A stretch of DNA of 63,778 nucleotides, filler included, from Choristocarpus tenellus KU-1152 (Eukaryota > Protista > Phaeophyceae), in assembly GCA_964200185.2 (NCBI GenBank). It is 5 parts of 5 records of this genome, joined end to end, with 100 filler letters (N's around TTAATTAATTAA, not from the genome) between each part and the next. Parts side by side here need not be neighbours in the genome. Positions count along the whole stretch, not along the records: positions 58,595 to 63,778 come from CAXNAD020011581.1; 4 more parts are not named here. The stretch is one strand, 5' to 3'. The notes under the pieces were generated by a model that saw only the letters and a program-made list of their open reading frames with translations, was not told where the DNA came from and ran no database searches. Made by a program: the position numbers and the translations under genes. Of the stretch, positions 62,573 through 63,778 are shown in pieces. Numbering within the stretch: the first letter of the stretch is position 1; the number at the start of each line of letters is the position of its first letter.

Positions 62573-63778
62573 GTTAATATTGCCGGTACCAACTGTCACG
62601 ATGTGTACGTTCACTAAAGTTGTAGTATAGGGGTTTGCAGCACCATAGTGAAAATACTGTACAAGAGACTGTGGCGTATACTCACTAGAATCATGTTTTC
62701 AATTGTGACAATATGTCTGTTTCAATTATTGCTCAATCTCTTTCCGGGAAAATTAACATTATCGGATAGTACTTTCCACTGCTACTATTGTAGGACAAGG
62801 TCCAAAGGACACCTCCGGTGGTACATCTCAAGTTGAGAGTCTTGCCAAGGGCGTGTTTATGTTTTGCTGAGCGCAAGGGGCGCCTACAGTGGAACATCTC
62901 AACATACCTCTCCAGTGGATCGAAACCCTCATTTCGGTCCTCCTGTTGATTGGCCTTTGTCAATCATCATTCAGACACCCAGGGAGTCAGATTTGGGCAG
63001 ATTTGGTCAAAAATTCGAATGGCCGATGATGATTCTGAGTTCAAGTCGGGGGGAGGAAGAGTGATGTTTTTTGATGATGCTGTTGTTTTTTTTACACTAC
63101 TTGCAAGAAACTGACGACACTTTGGGAGTGATGGGCGGTGGTTGGAGGTGCCTTGGATATCAGTGGCCGTCACCCAGTACATGTCAATCATGTGACAATC
63201 CTACTATTGATAGGTGTGTGTGTGTGGTGTTTGTGTAAGGGATGTGGGAAGATTGCATCCAATCACGTCTACACTACACACACGGCTTATTTTTGTTGTT
63301 GGAAAGGCGATACAATGTGTGTATGTATGTATGTGTATGTATGTATGTGTATGTATGTATGTGTGTGTGTGTGTGTGAGGATTCAAACTCTTTTATTTAT
63401 TTTTGTTTGAGGACTTGACCTCTGTATTCTCAAGGGGTTCCATACAGAGGGGGTGTGGTGACTGGACTGTGGTCTAGAGACAAGTTGAATTCGAGGCCGG
63501 CCTGCAACCCCTGAGAATAGACGTGCTTTGTGCCATAGCCTCATCATCCTGCTCTTCCCGTGGGAAATGGTAATCGAATGATGATTGATGATTGATGATT
63601 GATGATGATTCGCCTTGGGCAGGGCCCCTCAACAGGTGGGGATTGATTTGTGCATTTGTAGGTAGGGCCGGCGGATACCTTGCCAATAACCAATGACTAA
63701 TTCCAAGGGAATTGGAAGGCGTCTCACCGATCCCACCAACGCTGAAGCTTCAATATTGGTTCAAAGTATCTGGGGGGG

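Overview
Intron-rich eukaryotic DNA, most consistent with a brown alga or close stramenopile relative (inference from NB-ARC-TPR architecture with 126-nt TPR exons, TTAGGG repeats and GC-AG introns). The window is not one locus: it is five contigs (1-13302, 13403-33527, 33628-49088, 49189-58494, 58595-63778) joined by artificial 100-nt N44-TTAATTAATTAA-N44 linkers. Genes I could splice by hand: SNU13; a compact cluster of a PH-domain gene, PAM18/TIM14, SEC13 and NOT4 (3'-truncated); the 5' part of a probable membrane-bound RING E3 gene; two exons of a type-B carboxylesterase. The most striking structure is a decayed NB-ARC-TPR immune-receptor-like locus built from ~540-bp tandem [intron + one-TPR-exon] cassettes. 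At least four MITE families share a GRGYCAAA(GTA) terminus and some show 4-bp target-site duplications (Sola-like). CpG loss is patchy, suggesting mosaic CpG methylation. No rRNA, tRNA or CRISPR array could be supported. All identifications are by eye, without database searches.
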